Of a DNA stretch of 64,000 bases, positions 1 to 11,548 are shown piece by piece (positions within the stretch are counted from its first letter, which is position 1; every line of letters starts with the position of its first letter). The DNA lies in contig NW_020847079.1 of assembly GCF_003704095.1 (NCBI RefSeq), forward strand, positions 186,001 through 250,000, read 5' to 3'. The stretch is from Pocillopora damicornis. Its lineage: Eukaryota. Below the pieces are notes generated by a model, which saw only the letters and a list, made by a program, of their open reading frames with translations, did not search any database and had not been told where the DNA came from. Both the position numbers and the translations under genes were made by a program.

Positions 1-145
1 ATCATCAAACAAAGTCTCCTGATGTCAACACCACAGGAAATGGAAAGAGAAAAGTATAAAGAATATGAATATTAAAACTAGGGTCTACAGTTTTGCGAGG
101 TAAGGTAGCCTCATCACCAATTTTTGATAGTTATCCATTTACTCA

Positions 146-1179
146 CATATTGTTCTGAGTTTCTGCTTCTTCAATCTCATTACTGACCAACTCTTTATCT
201 TTCTGGAGTTCATCAATATGCTCTTGACATTTCTTATGCTCATCCCTAAAAATACAAGGAGACCAAATTGTCACCAGAGATTTGAGGCATTCATTCAGTA
301 CATCTTATTAGTGGTTCTAGTCAAACTTTCAAATAAAATGATATTCATTCATATTTGTTTACTACATTACCTGAACTGTGAAACAAGGTAGTCTTTCTCC
401 AACACTTGTTCACTCAGTTGGTCAAGATGACGTCTCAAAGCTAAACGCTGTAATTTCTCCTGTAAGAAGAATGTTTTTAGCGATATTTAAGGTACATGTA
501 GATCCCAATAATCACATGTATAATAAAACAACAACAAAAACAAATTCAGAATGAATGTGATAGAGTTTAACTCAATTCTAACTCTTCAAACAGAATTTCA
601 GTTAAGGAACAAGGCTGTAAAACATTTGTGACAGTCTGCTGAGAGAGTTCAAATACCAGCCAGTTCAACCAATTTCCAATCACATGCTTTTACCCTTTAC
701 ATACTAACATCAGTATCCATATCTGCCATACTCTTCTCTTTACATTGTCTTTGGTACTGACACAGAGAATTTGTTTAACAATCAAAGCTCTTTTGGTTGT
801 TCATCATTTCCCTTATTCTCATGAACTTAATAAATGACTCAACACTAAAACCGTAAGGAGAAATCAATTGATAGTCCCTCTTAGGGTTTAACCCTTTAAC
901 TCCTAAGATCTCATTAGTAATTCTCCTTACTGTCTGCCAAATGATTCTCNNNNNNNNNNNNNNNNNNNNNNNNNNNNNNNNNNNNNNNNNNNNNNNNNNN
1001 NNNNNNNNNNNNNNNNNNNNNNNNNNNNNNNNNNNNNNNNNNNNNNNNNTTTCTTCTACTTCACCATTGGTCACATTGCCGCTGGCATCGGCATTCACAG
1101 TTTCATCATTCGAGGTGTAAATACTATGATGTTCCATGGTGTCTTCAATAGCCTTTTTCTCTAAATCCACCACTTCCAT
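146..1179 (-). CDS. 5' part of an unidentified coiled-coil protein gene (runs off the left edge; interrupted by N gap 950-1049)
   Basis: ATG at 1179 (MEVVDLEKKAIEDTMEHH...). Downstream AG/GT-bounded exons at ~371-459 (EKLQRLALRRHLDQLSEQVLEKDYLVSQFR) and ~146-245 (DEHKKCQEHIDELQKDKELVSNEIEEAETQN) join in phase and have a heptad-like E/K/L/Q composition. Family not recognised. Confidence 0.6.
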
Positions 1180-1848
1180 GTCATTGACGGCAACTGGGCG
1201 CCTTTTAAAATCGTTTTTGTACCAATGTAGCGTTTTGTTTCTTTCCTAGACCTCGAAGTAACGTTAAATACTGGATTCTGCAAAATTAGATGGTCAATCT
1301 GTCTCCTATGACAACCATTCGCTTGTGTACATAGGATAAAAACTACACTGTCAATTACGATTTAAGACACGTCATAGAGTTCCTAAAATCACAATTCGAT
1401 AGAATATATTACAGCAATATGACGAGATCCACATTGTAAATACTGCTTGCGGGTATTCCTAAACCAAAGTCTGTACGGTCAAATTTTTGGACAGATTCAA
1501 GGACGTCTAAAACCTTGGCTACAAGCACAACTCTTGTCTAGAAATACCACAAAAAAACGTTGACGTTTCCATCATGAAACCAGAAAGGTTGGTCAACAGA
1601 GCATAGCCAGCTCAACAGGTAAAAACGCTGTTATTTACGAGCTGTCAGCCTACAACTCGAAATCACCCGCTAAACAACAAACGGCGGCCATGACAGCGGT
1701 TTGCTAAGTGACCACGGCTGTAGTGGACAGGATAGCTTAGTAGCCACGGCTTTTGAACAAACATGGCGGAATTTTTGAGCCATTAGCCTGAGAGTCTCTT
1801 TTCCTTCTCAAGTTTGGTTATCATCCAACTGTTTGGCAAAAATAAGTG

Positions 1849-4178
1849 ATGCTTAGACAAAGCTTCTTTCGGCTAAGGAGTCCTGAGACATACCTCAAAG
1901 TAGCTTGGCCAGGAAATTTAAAATTAGCGACTAATTACGAGGTAAACCTGTCTTATGTAATCGTTGGAGACCAAGTGTCACTGGCAACTTCTCTACAACG
2001 GGTTAATCACGTAATTATGCTTTATTGCAATATGAATATCGTTATCGGATGAAACTTATTACGGCGCCATCGATCAGACATGCCATCTTTTCCTCGTCGA
2101 GTTTTTGATGTGCCAAATATATTTAAACTGGATAAATGACCTGCTAGTACACTAACAACAAATTTTTATTTATGGTGTCGATCTCACTAAGAATTAAAAT
2201 TTCTTCGTGTTTAGGTGAAGCCAGTAAACAATTTCTCTCATGAAAGAACATTAATATCCTCTTCAAGACATGCATTGACACGTGCTGAACCAAAAGGTGC
2301 TCAAAAACCAGCTGAAGATGTTTTCAAGCGATCGTCAAAGAGGGGTCCTGTAACATGGGCTTCACTTGCTCTCTGTGCACTGGCTGGTGGGGGGCTGCTG
2401 CTCTATGTTCGTCATCTCAAAGAGGAAAAGGAACGAAGTAAGAAAATTAATTACACCATTAGCTAATTTTCCATTATGCTTGTCAGAGGTATAGCTGATG
2501 GTGGGAGTGAGAATAATCCCCCATCTTTGGGAAAAAAAACAAGAAAAGAAAAAAAAAATCTCACAACTGGAAAGCTCATCCTACAAGGAAATACAAAAAT
2601 GTCAGCCTTTTTGCTGCACATGGAGTCCCTATGTTTTTTTAAGTCTAAAGCCACCACACTGGGTAGAATATAAAAGGTAAACCTTTAGAGAAACCTTGGG
2701 GTAAACTTTGATGGATTAGAACCACTTAAAGGAAGAGTTGGAATATTTATGGTAATTTAATGACTATAATGACAGGAGTAAGATCTGAATGCAAAGCAAG
2801 TCAGTAAAAGGGAACTCAAGGAGAGCTTTTACATGGTTCATACATTGTCCCTGCATGCAAACTTGTCTACTACAAAGTTAGAAAATTCTGATCACTGAAA
2901 GTGTCATCCTTTTAGGATAAAGAGAAAGTGCCTTTTAGCTCAGTCAATGAAGAAATAAGGAAATGTTTCTGTTAACTTTGAGTTAAAGCTAAACTGAAAT
3001 CTTGATTTATTTAAATGTAGTGAAAGAGAAGCAGCAGAAGAGATCCATGGGGAAAGTTGCACTTGGTGGACCCTTCAGTCTCATAGATCATAACGGACAA
3101 GCTGTTACAGACAAGGATTTTCATGGCAAATGGATATTGCTCTACTTTGGTTTCACTCACTGTCCTGATATTTGCCCTGATGAATTAGAAAAAATGGGAA
3201 AAGCAATTGACCTTGTTGGTAAGCTGAACCAAAGCATGAGCACTGTTAACCTTTCACCCTCCATGAGTGACCAAGAGAGAATTTCTCCTTGTGATATCAA
3301 TAAAATATCAAGCATAGAAGTGACAAGAATGAATTAAAATATCAATTAAGGAATTATTAGGTGATCCAATACCAATTCTCCAAACTAACGTCATGAGAAT
3401 TGTATGGGAGATAGTAAGGAGGATTACTTGTGAGATCTTGGGAGTTAAGGGGGTTAACAGTGTATGTGTATATGTATATGTGCCAGACATCTTTTTAATT
3501 TAGTGGCATCTTGTGATCATGTTACTCATTCCATTTCTCTCCAAAGCAGTGCATTTATCAGCACATAAGCATGCTTTGCTGTCTACAATAAAGATTCCTC
3601 ATACCAACCCAACTTAATTAGTTTCCCTTTTTTTTTTTTTAAATCAGGAAAGACATCTCTTGGTCCAACTCCCAAGTTCCAATTAGCAATTCTCCACTCA
3701 CTTAACACAGTGACTATACAATTTCTTGTAAATTAGAGGGGAGATATTTTAGCGTACATCATGATGACATCCTCTGGCTGTTAAGCCTCTCTATTCCCAT
3801 AACCTATTTGCAAGATAACATTCTGGAATCACAAGGAAAAGTTAAATGTTGATCAAATCTGGGAATGAAAGGGTTAAACAGCATTTGTGTATTTGAAAAT
3901 AAAATGATAGTTCTTTGGCAAATTCTAGAACTGAAGTAACTTGATTGACCCTTTAACTCCCATGAGTGACCAAGACAGAATTTCTCCTTACAGTATCAAT
4001 ACAGAATCAAGCAGACTAGTGAGGAGAACATAGAAGAAAATTCAAGTAGGGGACTACAAGTTGATCTAATACCAAATTCTCCAAATTGAAATCATAAGTA
4101 TTTTATGGCAGATAGTATTGCTAATGAGATCTTGGGAGTCAAAGGGTTAAGAGTGTGTAGTTTCAGATTACAAAATTA

Positions 4179-4211
<33 letters not shown>

Positions 4212-5265
4212 GTTACTGTTTACATTTCTTCATTGTGTCCTTTGATGTTTATAGATGAGAGCAAAGATGCACTTGGTGCAGAGCTTCAACCCCTGTTCAT
4301 AACAGTTGATCCATCTCGGGATGATGTCAAGGCTGTGAAGCAGTATGTCCAAGGTGGATCTGATTATACATTTTATGGCAATTCCTTAGAAAATTTTTTT
4401 TTAAATTCTGTTTAAGATACCCACTGCTTTGTCCCTTATTAAATACATGTTCCTCCTGTTATAGAGTTTCATCCACGTCTCCTTGGTCTAACGGGATCAC
4501 CTGAACAAGTCCAACAAGTTTGCAAGGCTTACAGGGTATACTTCAGTGCAGGACCAGCAGATGAAGACAACGACTACATTGTATGTGAGCCATGTAATGG
4601 AAAAAGTATTTAAAACACAAACTTTGACTAGAATTCTGTAATGTCCTTGGTTGCCCTTTGACCCCTTCAAGTGACCAGAATCTAATTTCTCCTCACAATA
4701 TCACCCCTGAATCAAACATTTAAGTCACAAGAATAAAGGAAATGATTTTCAACAAAGGAAGCTCTTGATTGTTAGGAGAATTCTCCTTGTTAGCACTGTA
4801 GGAAATGTATGAGAACAGTATGGAGAATATGCACACTGATGATAGGGTGTAAGGGGTAACAGAATTAGATGGTTAACCCTTTAACTCCCAGGATCTGATT
4901 GTTAATATATTCTCCCCTCTTGCTGCGACACATTTCCTTGTTAATTAGTCACAAGAATTTGGTGTTAGATCAACACAACTACCTGATATATTTGAATACT
5001 CTCATTACCTGTTTGGTGGATAGTGGATGGATGTTGTAGGGAGAAGTTAAATGTGAATCACTTCTGGGAGTTAAAGAGTTAAGATGTAGTACAGGTTTAT
5101 TATAATTTATGAATTTTTTTCCAGGTTGATCACACCATTATTCAGTACCTTGTGGATCCTTCAGGAAACTTTGCAGAGTATTTTGGACAAAATAAGACAG
5201 CAGAGGACATTGCTGCAGGGATTGTAAAACACATGATGTCAAACAAATTCAAGCAAAAGAAATAA
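1849..5265 (+). CDS. SCO1: SCO1/SCO2 cytochrome c oxidase copper chaperone, 6 exons (1849-1941, 2215-2437, 3021-3218, 4255-4353, 4465-4580, 5125-5265)
   Basis: The spliced product has an Arg-rich mitochondrial-type leader, one TM ([22 protein letters not shown]), [12 protein letters not shown], the diagnostic [15 protein letters not shown] CxxxC motif, [17 protein letters not shown] and DYIVDH. All introns are GT-AG with matching phases. Confidence 0.95.
3246..3457. mobile_element. ~210-bp piggyBac-like MITE (representative copy; similar copies at ~888-949, 3948-4150, 4660-4860, 4873-5082, 9378-9588, 13387-13585, 15300-15511, 17578-17790, 18119-18330, 20325-20530, 21752-21968, 26260-26471, 33340-33550, 33826-34028, 38452-38660, 45068-45275, 54232-54444, 55342-55551)
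   Basis: Terminal inverted repeats TTAACCCTTT...AAAGGGTTAA (TTAA target plus CCC end, typical of piggyBac). Shared internal blocks such as GAGTGACCAAGACAGAATTTCTCC and ACCAAATTCTC. No coding capacity. Confidence 0.85.
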
Positions 5266-5551
5266 TTTTGCACAAAAATTTGTTCACATGAAGTACATCG
5301 AGTCAGGATGATCTGCAGGCACCACTGGAATTGACCCAGGCAAAAATTCGTCAAAAAGGCGGTCTAAAAACATTTTTGTTAAATTAATCTGTCAATCATT
5401 TTATTTACCTGTGTCTTATCTAACTTCATACTGTGCTGCTGATGTTTTTAACCAGGTCATTACACTAACAATATTGCAGTTGAATCCTGTCAATATGAAC
5501 ATTAAACTTAAAATCAAGTCGTTGTTTAAGATTTGGTAGAAATTATAATAG

Positions 5552-5682
5552 ATGCTGTGGCTTAGTGGTTAGAATGGTGGACTGCAAATCTAAAGTTCCA
5601 GGTTCAGACCTTGGCCTGGATCACTATGCAGTGTTCTTAAGGAAGACATTAAACTCTAAGTGTGTCTCTCAATCCAGGAGAG
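5552..5682 (+). mobile_element. tRNA-derived SINE (degenerate); a second copy on the - strand at ~53095-53220
   Basis: Pol III A box TGGCTTAGTGG and B box GGTTCAGACC, followed by a non-tRNA body (GTGTTCTTAAGGAAGACATTAAACTCT...TCTCTCAATCCAGGAG). No proper acceptor stem. Confidence 0.7.
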
Positions 5683-5879
5683 TGAGACATTTTCAAGTGA
5701 GTGTCAAAAATAACCAAGGATTGCTTTTGCTTTACTTACCTCTGTGATTGGTTCAGAAAAGCTTTACTACCCTCCTGTCCAATCAGAAACAAACCTAACA
5801 CCAGTCATGTGAATAAAGGGGGTAACTTTCCATGTGGTGGTGCATCAGTGAAAGAGTGTAACAAGAAATTTTGGTATGA

Positions 5880-6043
5880 TCAACTTAGTTGATGATGCAA
5901 ATTGGCCTCCGTAAAGAGTTTCAAAGCTGGCATTTTGAGGGTTAGCCCTTCATGAGAGAGAATGATGTAGGGCTAACACTCAAAATGTCAGCTTCGAAAC
6001 TCTTTACAGAGGCCAATTTAAGTTATCAACTCTGTTGATAATA
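5880..6043. repeat. Head-to-head inverted pair of degenerate hammerhead-bearing short repeats
   Basis: 5880-5955 is the approximate reverse complement of 5963-6043. Both halves resemble the element at 58881 (GGGCTAAC.CTC.AAA.GTCAGCTT...GGCCAATTTA...ATCAAC). Confidence 0.65.
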
Positions 6044-6248
6044 CTGACACCAATCATGACTTGGTCACTCATATTTTCTTATATTTCTTAACAGAAACAA
6101 AACTAACACCAATCATGACTTGGTCAGTCAAATTTTCTTATGCATCAGGCAGTTAGCTTGCTTTTACTTAAAGCACAGGTAGGCTGTCAGGTAATTATTT
6201 CCTTCCTTCTAATTGGCCACAGTGATTACTTCCAATCAGTTTTGTTTT

Positions 6249-6530
6249 AGAGCAGTTTTCAATTGATTGTCGTGAAACCAAAACCAAGTAATAACAACAG
6301 CCAATCATAACACTCTGCCTTGCATCATCATTTGCCATTAAGGATTTAAACTAATAGCAGCAAATTACCAAAAGCACAGGAAAATGCAGGTGACCAAGTC
6401 ACAATTGGTTTTTGCTTGGTGTCTGATTGGTGTAGTGCATGGCGCAAGTTTTCTAGACCAACCACAGAAGGAGGTAAAACAAAATCAAAGGAATTGCACA
6501 TTACTTTTGACATTCAATCGAGAATCACCA
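6249..6530. mobile_element. ~280-bp MITE family with GAGCAGTTTTCAATTGA-type ends (other copies ~50149-50430, ~60510-60770)
   Basis: The copy at 50149-50430 has inverted ends GGGCACTTTTCAATTGAG...CTCAATTGAAAATTGCTCC. Shared internal motifs ACCAAAACCAA, GATTGGTTT and CCAATCACAG recur across copies. Confidence 0.6.
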
Positions 6531-7882
6531 GCTACTTTAAAAAAGTAGTAACAAACATTCAAGGAAACTCTATGAATTGGTGGTTGGTTATCTGCAATGG
6601 ACTGTAAGCATCCTGGTAGCTTCCTTCTTTTGAAACTAGAATAAGCTTCAACAGTAATATAATGGTGAGTAAGTGCCTAAGTATCGACATGTGACAGAAT
6701 GCCAGCTTGATTGATAAAATTTATAAAAGTATGATCTTAAGGGACAGACATTCCCTGTAACCTGTTTATTTATTAATTGATGTAATAAAACACTGTGAAC
6801 TGAGATCAGCTCTCAATGGGTTTTATTTGAATACTTTTATCTGCAAAGTTTTGTATCTTACACTTCAAACAATTCAATCTACACCTGTTCTAGATACAGT
6901 GATGACAGTTTTACATGAAAATAAGCAGAAGCATTTGCAAGTACTTCAACCATCACAACTGTAACACTTTCTTTCAGTGAATTATGCATTTATTTTAATG
7001 GTAGTATATCTTGCCCCAGAAGAAGTGGTGCTACACCTATTTCCTCTGTGAACACTTTGCAAATAAAATGACCCCTTGAGTTACATCTTGATATCAAAAC
7101 CATTAATTAAAGTTTACACCAAGTAAATTGAAAATTCTGTCATTACTTACAGCTGTATTTTACAGCCTCACTTATCCACCTATCCTAAAATAACCAAGGT
7201 GAGCACTTAACACAATAACTACAGTACACTAAATAGGTACTACTTAATAGGTACTTCTGAAGCCTCAGTTACTGCTCTGTAAGACTGCCTTGCAGTCTTT
7301 TTTCTTTCCTTAATATGAGGTGAATGAGAAGATATTGGGAGTAAAGACTGGGTGTGTGAGATGCAAGTATCGAGCCCAACCCTTTCTTAAACATAATTTT
7401 AAGTGTTCCTCTCTTAGCTGGGATGATTCACATAGACTCACCCTAGAGAAAATTAATTTTTTGTACCAAAATTGTTAGGCTATTGCACCACAACCTTGTG
7501 CTAAAAGCAATTATAGTTACTGTTGGCGCATGATAGTGCAGTTATCAAACAGTATTCTAACAAAGCAATACTTTACCCCTTTCAGTATTCTTCAAAGATT
7601 AAATTAATATATACCAAATAAATGCTGTTTTTAAGTACTTGGTGTCTTCTTTACTGGTTTGATAGACTGTCTTGCAGTCAATATCTGGTGAATGAGAAGT
7701 GAAACAGGATGTGGCTAACACAGCTATCTCCCCCAACCCCTTTTCATTCATATTCTACATTTTCAATAAGCATTCCTCTATTTACTGGCATGAAATTGAA
7801 CAAGGATTCAGTCCTGAGAGACAAACGAGTTAAAGAGTTTGAATTTCTTAGGAAACCATACATTATTCAAAGTAACTTTGAG

Positions 7883-9271
7883 TTACCTCAGTTGTCCAAG
7901 GCAATAATTTGTTATAGACCATTTCTTTCCACTGATAATTGCCTGAATAAGCATCACAGGCATCTGAAAATGATTTAACATAAAGAACGGCACAGGATCA
8001 CTTGCATCCAGGACTGCATCTTTTCCATTCTGTAAAACCTGCATAAACTCTCCAAAACCTTGCTGGAAAAGCCCAACTTTGGCAATTTCATTGTATAACC
8101 AGTAGACATGGGTTGAAGAAGGGGAGGGCTGCACCGGAACCTCAAGCTGAAATTGAGTATCCATGGCCCCACGAATAGCTCTTTCAAGATCTGGCTGCAT
8201 GTCATAAGAGACAATAGCAGAATGGAGCCTTGGGTTGCACTCAATGCAGTAAACCTCTCTTGTTTCCTCATCTTCCAGGAAGTCAAAACAAACACAACCA
8301 GTGAGTTGCTTGGCTTTGCAAAACTCCTCTACCCACTGTTTGATTGCAGGGTGTTGGACAACATCATAATCAATTTGCATTGGCGAACAAGGGCATACTT
8401 GAAAGACTTGGAGACATCCATTCACAACAATGGCATTGGCTGCGAATTCCTTTCCCTTTATGAACTGGTGGATCAGGTAGGGATTATTACTGTTCACCTT
8501 TCTCTCATAGCAAGCAATATATTTATCAAATTCTTTTGCACTGCTTGGTATGCAAGTGAAGTTTAATCGGTCTTCAGAATATGGCATCAATGGTTTCAGA
8601 AAGTAGTGGCCTTTTGAGAAAAGACCCTTCTTAGCCATTTCCTGGACTTCACTTGTACTATCCACTTCCTTAAAGTATGGTACTTGAAGACCAAGCTCTT
8701 GGCATTCCTTTAGAAAAAGAACCTTATTGTCAAGAATAGTGGTCAACTTTGGGTCATCAAAAACAAGACATTTTATCATAGGATTTACTTCTGCCAGACG
8801 CTGTTTAATGATTGTGTCTGCTACAGCTGTCTTTGTGTGGCTAACTGGAATATACCAATCAATATTCTCAGCTTTTGCAACATTGATCATTCCATTGATA
8901 TAATCTTCTTTTCCACTGCAGGAATTTAAATTTGGCACTGTGTAGAATTTTGAAATGAAGTGAGACCATTGAACAGCAGAGCACCAAAAGTCTTCTGTGT
9001 CAGCCACAATAACTCTGTGACCAGCTTTTCCCAAGGTCTTGGCAAGGTGAAGGCCTTTGGTGTGAGCAACACCAGATACCAGCACAGTCTGCCTGAGAGC
9101 TTCTGTAATCTGTTGATCTTGCCTGGTCCTCCTTCCAAACAACCAACAGCTAACAGTGAACAGAAGACAGAATGGTGTCGTAGAGAGAAGCACCAATAAG
9201 TAGACAACAGCTTTCATTCTGTACCAGAGTTGGCCAAATTGCACAACAGGTTTTTGTCCAGCACTCCCCAT
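7883..9271 (-). CDS. mysC: ATP-grasp ligase, MysC (mycosporine-glycine synthase)-like, 462 aa, intronless CDS
   Basis: N-terminal hydrophobic segment, then TVLVSGVAHTKGLHLAKTLGKAGHRVIVADTEDFW, FYTVP, ENIDWYIPVS, LDNK..F, YFLKPL, QFIKGKEF, LTGCVCFDFLED, YCIECNPRLHSAI, YWLYNE and GKDAVLDASDPVPFFMLNHFQMP. These are collinear with cyanobacterial MysC (Ava_3856 type) as I recall them. Confidence 0.88.
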   Translation of the reverse strand: MGSAGQKPVVQFGQLWYRMKAVVYLLVLLSTTPFCLLFTVSCWLFGRRTRQDQQITEALRQTVLVSGVAHTKGLHLAKTLGKAGHRVIVADTEDFWCSAVQWSHFISKFYTVPNLNSCSGKEDYINGMINVAKAENIDWYIPVSHTKTAVADTIIKQRLAEVNPMIKCLVFDDPKLTTILDNKVLFLKECQELGLQVPYFKEVDSTSEVQEMAKKGLFSKGHYFLKPLMPYSEDRLNFTCIPSSAKEFDKYIACYERKVNSNNPYLIHQFIKGKEFAANAIVVNGCLQVFQVCPCSPMQIDYDVVQHPAIKQWVEEFCKAKQLTGCVCFDFLEDEETREVYCIECNPRLHSAIVSYDMQPDLERAIRGAMDTQFQLEVPVQPSPSSTHVYWLYNEIAKVGLFQQGFGEFMQVLQNGKDAVLDASDPVPFFMLNHFQMPVMLIQAIISGKKWSITNYCLGQLR

Positions 9272-9317
9272 TTGGTATCACAACTTGAGTTAAAATTTAT
9301 TGAAGACCAGGGGATAT

Positions 9318-10543
9318 CTAATAAGAACAGACAAAGTTGTCAGATGGAGTTTCAGTTTGATTCATCACTCATATCTCTTAACCCTTTCATCCCTAAGAGT
9401 GACCAGCATCTAATTTCTCCCTACAAAATCACCCCTGAATCTGACATTGAGTTAATGAGAAAAACAGAAATGATCACCAACTAAAGAGCCTCTTAATTGT
9501 TAAACAAATTTTCCCTTTCAGCACCTTAAGAAATTTATAGAGAACAGTATGGAGAATATGCAAAATGATGTTAGGGAGTAAAGGGTCAATTCATTTACAA
9601 GGAGATGTACAGTAATGCCAATAATCCAAACAGAAAGGGGAAAGACAGGTGGAACATTCTCTAAAAGTACCATAAACACCCTAGTAAGTTCCTTAGGGAC
9701 TTATCAATCTCAGGGGCCTCCAAAAAGTTGGCTCACTGGAGAGGTCTAGGGGGTTTATTGGAGAGGGGGACTCATGAATGATGAAGGGGAGGAGGGCACT
9801 TATCAAAAAATTATTTCAGGCCAAAATACTGTACACTATATTTCTTACAAATTATTACCCAAATTTAGAATGCTCAGTAAGCATTTCTTTGATTGAAAAC
9901 TGGCCCAAATGGATAAAGATCCCACTACTAAAAACACAAGTCAGTTTTTGTTCTAGGGTGAGGGGGAGGGTGGAGCTGATGAGACTCAAGGGGGGTTTTG
10001 CGCCACCAGTTGATCACAATGAATCGAATACATATTTTTCTTTCTAGAAATATAAACCCTACGCTTTTCAAAATTTGCAAAATTATTTCCGTGGTGTTCA
10101 CTGAGTTACATAATCGTTAAAATTTCATCTAAGTGGAAAAGAGTACTGCACACCTCAAAGGATGATTCTATCCTAATTCGCCAAGAGACGAGAAATCGAA
10201 ATCAAATTGGTACACTAATAAATTAAAACTAGGGTTTCTTGCGCTGAGTTTAGTGACACCCGCCGGAATAGCATACTTTGATACCTCATTACCTTGCTTA
10301 CATAACGGAATAACGGCATATTTTATACCGAAGTACACGTCTAAGAACAGAGAACAACAGCAATCTGGAATGAGCGCCGCAAAAGTATAACACCCAAATC
10401 AATACACTTCTTTCGTGGATTAACACAAGCTATCAAGAGGATTTCGAAGATTATGTGGAGATCTAATGTAAATGAAGTGGACAACAACGCGTATAAAATT
10501 ATGTGATCTTACATTACATTTCAGCGGAATAACAAATGCTTAC
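9318..10543 (-). other. Probable 5'-UTR intron of the mysC-like gene
   Basis: Minus-strand acceptor TTTGTCTGTTCTTATTAG ends 46 nt upstream of the ATG. Strong donor CAG|GTAAGC at 10543, with an alternative AAG|GTAATG at 10292. The sequence turns CpG-rich and promoter-like from ~10200 to 11500. Confidence 0.5.
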
Positions 10544-10909
10544 CTGTTCGATCAAGACACTTGTACGAAGAAAGACAGCCGCAGAAAATAGTAATCTGGA
10601 AGAAGATCCTCAAAAAATATATATCGCACAGGTTTACTCCTGTTTTGTACAAGACTTTATCGAATAATCCGTTGCAACGCGAAGTACAGTGTAAGTAACA
10701 AACACATGCTCCTGGCGTGACTTTGGCGTGACTGTTCTAGCTGGAGTTAGGGTCTCAGAAGGGTTCATCAATTAGCCAACAAATTCACCCTATAGCTTAG
10801 GGACTACTCTATTCTTCTCTTCTCTCTGACAGAGGGCTATCGTCATCTTTAGAAACTATTTTCGGCGGCCAATTTACGTTATCAAGAGAAACTTACCCAG
10901 CTACCCCCA

Positions 10910-10940
10910 CCCCACCCCATTGAGACTCAATGGGGTGGGG
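10910..10940. repeat. Perfect 15-bp inverted repeat with a 1-nt spacer in the divergent mysC / DCX-EMAP promoter region
   Basis: CCCCACCCCATTGAG-A-CTCAATGGGGTGGGG read directly. Confidence 0.9.
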
Positions 10941-11548
10941 AGTCACGCTTTGCTATGTCTGTCCCAAGCCTCTCTCATTGCTGCACTACTAAAGTCAAAA
11001 TGGCGGTCATGCATGCTTGCTTTGAAGAAACTGCATTTGCATTTGAATCATTTCTCTCATGTGGTGTCGAACACCTGCTTAGTTACGAGAGCTTGACGAC
11101 ACTGTTGATTACCTTAACAATGGAAGGGAAACTCTCAGAGATTAACAATCAATTTCGTAGGCAAGTAAACAAAAGGGTCCTCAGAATCGTTCAAGGATGT
11201 CTGCGTGACAATGCAAAACCACAACGAAAGTCGACAAGTTGTCTTAACTGTCAGTTCTGTGTACACAAGGCCGAGCTTAAAGAGATAAACGGCTTTATTA
11301 TATGAACATCGCGTGGTTGAATGGGATAAATGCTGAGTACGAAAGAGCTGAAAAAGGCTACTCCTGAATTGAAGTTTATTTAGTTATTTTAATTTCAATC
11401 ATCTCAGTCTTATCAGTTATTGGTGTATTTTCAATGGATTCACGCGATTTTTCTGACGAGCTTCTGGAAATTTCAATACTCGAAACTAATAAGAATCTTT
11501 ACCGTCTGCTTGAAAAGTGTTTAAACATGATGATTTCGTGGATTTAAC

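Noticed and set aside
775-949. C-terminal part of the 134-aa ORF, and apparent exons at 1-20 and 690-770
   Set aside because: These are MITE sequence read across an N gap, not coding exons.
5552-5625. tRNA-like sequence with A and B boxes
   Set aside because: No paired acceptor stem and it continues into a SINE body, so it was called a SINE rather than a tRNA gene.
7709-9207. Overlapping or antisense ORFs on the mysC gene, and similar ones over other long exons
   Set aside because: Shadow frames of real coding sequence with no recognisable motifs.
7883-9271. Bacterial or symbiont contamination as the source of mysC
   Set aside because: Base composition and CpG depletion match neighbouring host exons, host MITEs lie right beside it, and there is no assembly gap nearby. 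Long-read confirmation is still advisable.
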